Of a DNA stretch of 50,332 nucleotides, positions 48,466 to 50,332 are shown piece by piece. The stretch is from Malacoraja senta (lineage: Eukaryota), in NCBI GenBank assembly GCA_038087875.1, contig JAXLNO010000032.1, positions 1-50,332 on the forward strand. The letters are read 5' to 3'. The notes below the pieces were generated by a model, which did no database searches, had not been told where the DNA came from, and worked only from the letters and a program-made list of their open reading frames with translations. The stretch's first letter is position 1, and every line of letters starts with the position of its first letter. Position numbers and translations under genes: made by a program.

Positions 48466-48768
48466 AGGCAGCCCAGTGGCACAGCTGGTAGAGCCGCTGT
48501 CTCACAGCGCCTGAGATCCAGGCTTGACCCTGACCTCGAGTGCTGTCTGTGTGAAGTTTGCACTTTCTCCCTGTGACCACGTGGGTTTCCTCAAGGTGCT
48601 CCGGCTTCCTTCCACATCCCAAAGACGTGTCGGTTTGTAGGTTAATTGACCTCTGTAAATTGCCCAGAATACGTAGGGTAAAGTGGGATAACATAGAATT
48701 TGTGTGAATGGGTGATAAATGGTCAGCATGGACTCGCTGGGCCAAAGGGCCTGTTCCATGCTGCATCT
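48466..48768 (+). mobile_element. Full-length tRNA-derived V-SINE (HE1-like)
   Basis: A box tggcacagctgg, core gtgggtttcctcaaggtgctccggcttccttccacatcccaaagac, CR1-like tail gggccaaagggcctgttccatgctg. Confidence 0.88.
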
Positions 48769-49079
48769 GTAAGCATCAAATATTCAACATGATGATTAAA
48801 ATTAAATTGTTTACAATTATTCTATAGTTATTCTGAAAGTATCCTTTCCTATTTAAGGTGCATGTGTACCAGTAGTTGCATTACAGTGAATTTACTTTGC
48901 ATTGGTCGAGCTAACAAAGTGTGAAATCCTTTGTTGATAGCCTTTGTCAAATGGCTTGCCTGATGTGGTGTTTATAGTTGTGGTTTATTGTATGAATATA
49001 AATTGCTAAAATATAAATCCAAACTTATTTATCAAAATAAAAGGAAACTGTTGACTATATCTTTATCTTTACATTGCAG

Positions 49080-49112
49080 GCTAAACCCCAAGCGAAAGCC
49101 CAGTCTCACTAG
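49080..49112 (+). CDS. ARHGAP26: Probable 33-nt symmetric (phase 2-2) cassette exon of ARHGAP26
   Basis: Pyrimidine tract atctttatctttacattgcag|G and donor TAG|gtatgt; continues the frame as (L)LNPKRKPSLT; no transcript evidence available. Confidence 0.6.
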   Translation, partial: AKPQAKAQSH

Positions 49113-49459
49113 GTATGTACATTGCAATTCATCAACAAAATAATCTACACACATGGTTTTATGGTGATTGGGTAAATACAATAAAGTGTAACAGCCTTGG
49201 TTAATAAATTCCTCGTATGTTGCAAACATACTTGGCTAATAAAGTATTATTGAGATTGGTTATGTAAGTTATGTTACAAAACTTGCTTCCTTTTCTGTAG
49301 CATATGGAATCTTCAAACCTGCAAGTGCAACATTTCCAGATGCAAGCCTTCCTTACATATTATTGACAACAAAGTACATAGTTGGAGGCCGTCATAGAAT
49401 CATTTATATCTCCAAGTAGTGCATAGTGCATATCTCGTATCTTCTTGGTTCATATTAAT

Positions 49460-49765
49460 TAGCACCCATTTCTCCCCTTCTCCCTCCCCTCCACTGAAAA
49501 TCCTTCCTCTGGCTTTATAATTCAAACAACTTTTCTATCCACGTCCCACACCTCATGTCTTTTCATCTCTTGCCATCTACCATGTGACCATCTACCTATC
49601 AAAAAAAACTCACCTGTATCCACCTCACTCACTAGGCTTTGTTCTGCCCCCCCCCCCTTTCAGCTTTCTCCCCCCCAACTCCCACTCGAAGGTCCTGACC
49701 TGAAACATCATCTATCAACATTCTATAAAGATGTTGCCTGACCTACTGAGTAACTCCAGAACTTT
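49460..49765 (+). mobile_element. Degraded Penelope-like 3' region and terminal repeat
   Basis: Ends gaaggtcctgacctgaaacatca...gatgttgcctgacctactgagtaactccag, the family repeat. Confidence 0.65.
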
Positions 49766-49794
49766 TTTTCCATGGACAATTTTTCCCCAATCTC

Positions 49795-50043
49795 ACTCTT
49801 CCTTTCCCACCCTCCTCCTCTCTCCCCCTCTTCCTCTCTCTCCCCCCTTTCCTCTCCCTCCCCCTTTCCTCTCTCTCCCCCTTTCCTCTCTCTCCCCCCC
49901 TCTTCCTCTCTCTCTCTCTCTCTCTCCCCTTCCTCTCTCTCTCTCCCTCCCCTTCCTCTCTCTCTCTCTCTCCCCTTCCTCTCTCCCTACCTCTCTCTCT
50001 CCCCCCTTCCTCTCTCTCGCCGCCTTTCTTTCTCTCCACCCTT

Positions 50044-50118
<75 letters not shown>

Positions 50119-50332
50119 CTCTTCCTTTCTCTCCCCTCTTCCTCTCTCTCTCTCTTTCTCTCTCTCTCCCCTCTTCCTCTCTCTCTCGCCCCCTCTTCCT
50201 CTCTCTCTCTTCCTCTCTTCCCGTCTCTCCCCCTCTTCCTGTCTCTTCCCGTCTCTCCCCCTCTTCCTGTCTCTTCTCGTCTCTCCCTCTTTCTCTCTCC
50301 CCCTTCCTCCCTCTCTTTCCCCTCTTCCTCTC
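49795..50332. repeat. Long CT-rich polypyrimidine/polypurine tract, running off the window
   Basis: (CT)n plus a repeated ctctcccc(c)tcttcct unit. Confidence 0.97.

Larger units (their letters stand above)
190..49112 (+). other. ARHGAP26: ARHGAP26/GRAF1 gene, internal part (PH end, RhoGAP, Ser/Pro linker); extends beyond both window edges
   Basis: Eleven GT-AG exons with consistent phases give one ORF. Peptides [69 protein letters not shown] and RPNSL match GRAF1 as I recall it better than ARHGAP10, ARHGAP42 or OPHN1. Confidence 0.92.

Noticed and set aside
49743..50114. 123-aa RE/G-rich ORF
   Set aside because: Translation of the (CT)n low-complexity tract
1..50332. CRISPR array, rRNA, snoRNA, endogenous virus or prokaryotic system
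   Set aside because: No regularly spaced repeats, operon-like ORFs, LTR/gag/env or recognisable RNA gene seen

Overview
AT-rich vertebrate genomic DNA. The repeat content (HER1/CR1-type LINEs, HE1-type V-SINEs, Penelope-derived short repeats) points to a cartilaginous fish, probably a skate or ray (inference). The whole window lies inside one + strand gene, ARHGAP26 (GRAF1). Eleven GT-AG exons (190-39637) splice in one frame and encode the end of the PH domain, the full RhoGAP domain (GLYR arginine finger intact) and part of the Ser/Pro-rich linker. There is also a probable 33-nt cassette exon at 49080-49112. The BAR and SH3 exons are outside the window. The introns are full of transposable elements: a full-length DD34E Tc1 transposon of the Passport type with an intact 339-aa ORF, IR/DR ends and a TA TSD; a three-level nest (Penelope-derived palindrome > CR1 > younger CR1) with both TSDs readable; a Harbinger MITE; Tx1, L1, Rex/Babar and RTE LINE pieces; tRNA-derived SINEs; and a fossil Helitron helicase. 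The most interesting signal is a dispersed family of about 100-170-bp Penelope-derived units carrying a minimal hammerhead ribozyme core (CTGAAGA-hairpin-GAAAC(G/A)TC). Two of these units have their own 12-16-bp target-site duplications, and several lie in the sense orientation of the host pre-mRNA. These all belong to known classes, so novelty at family or species level cannot be established from sequence alone. Family names and comparisons to human or Passport proteins are from memory, not from searches.
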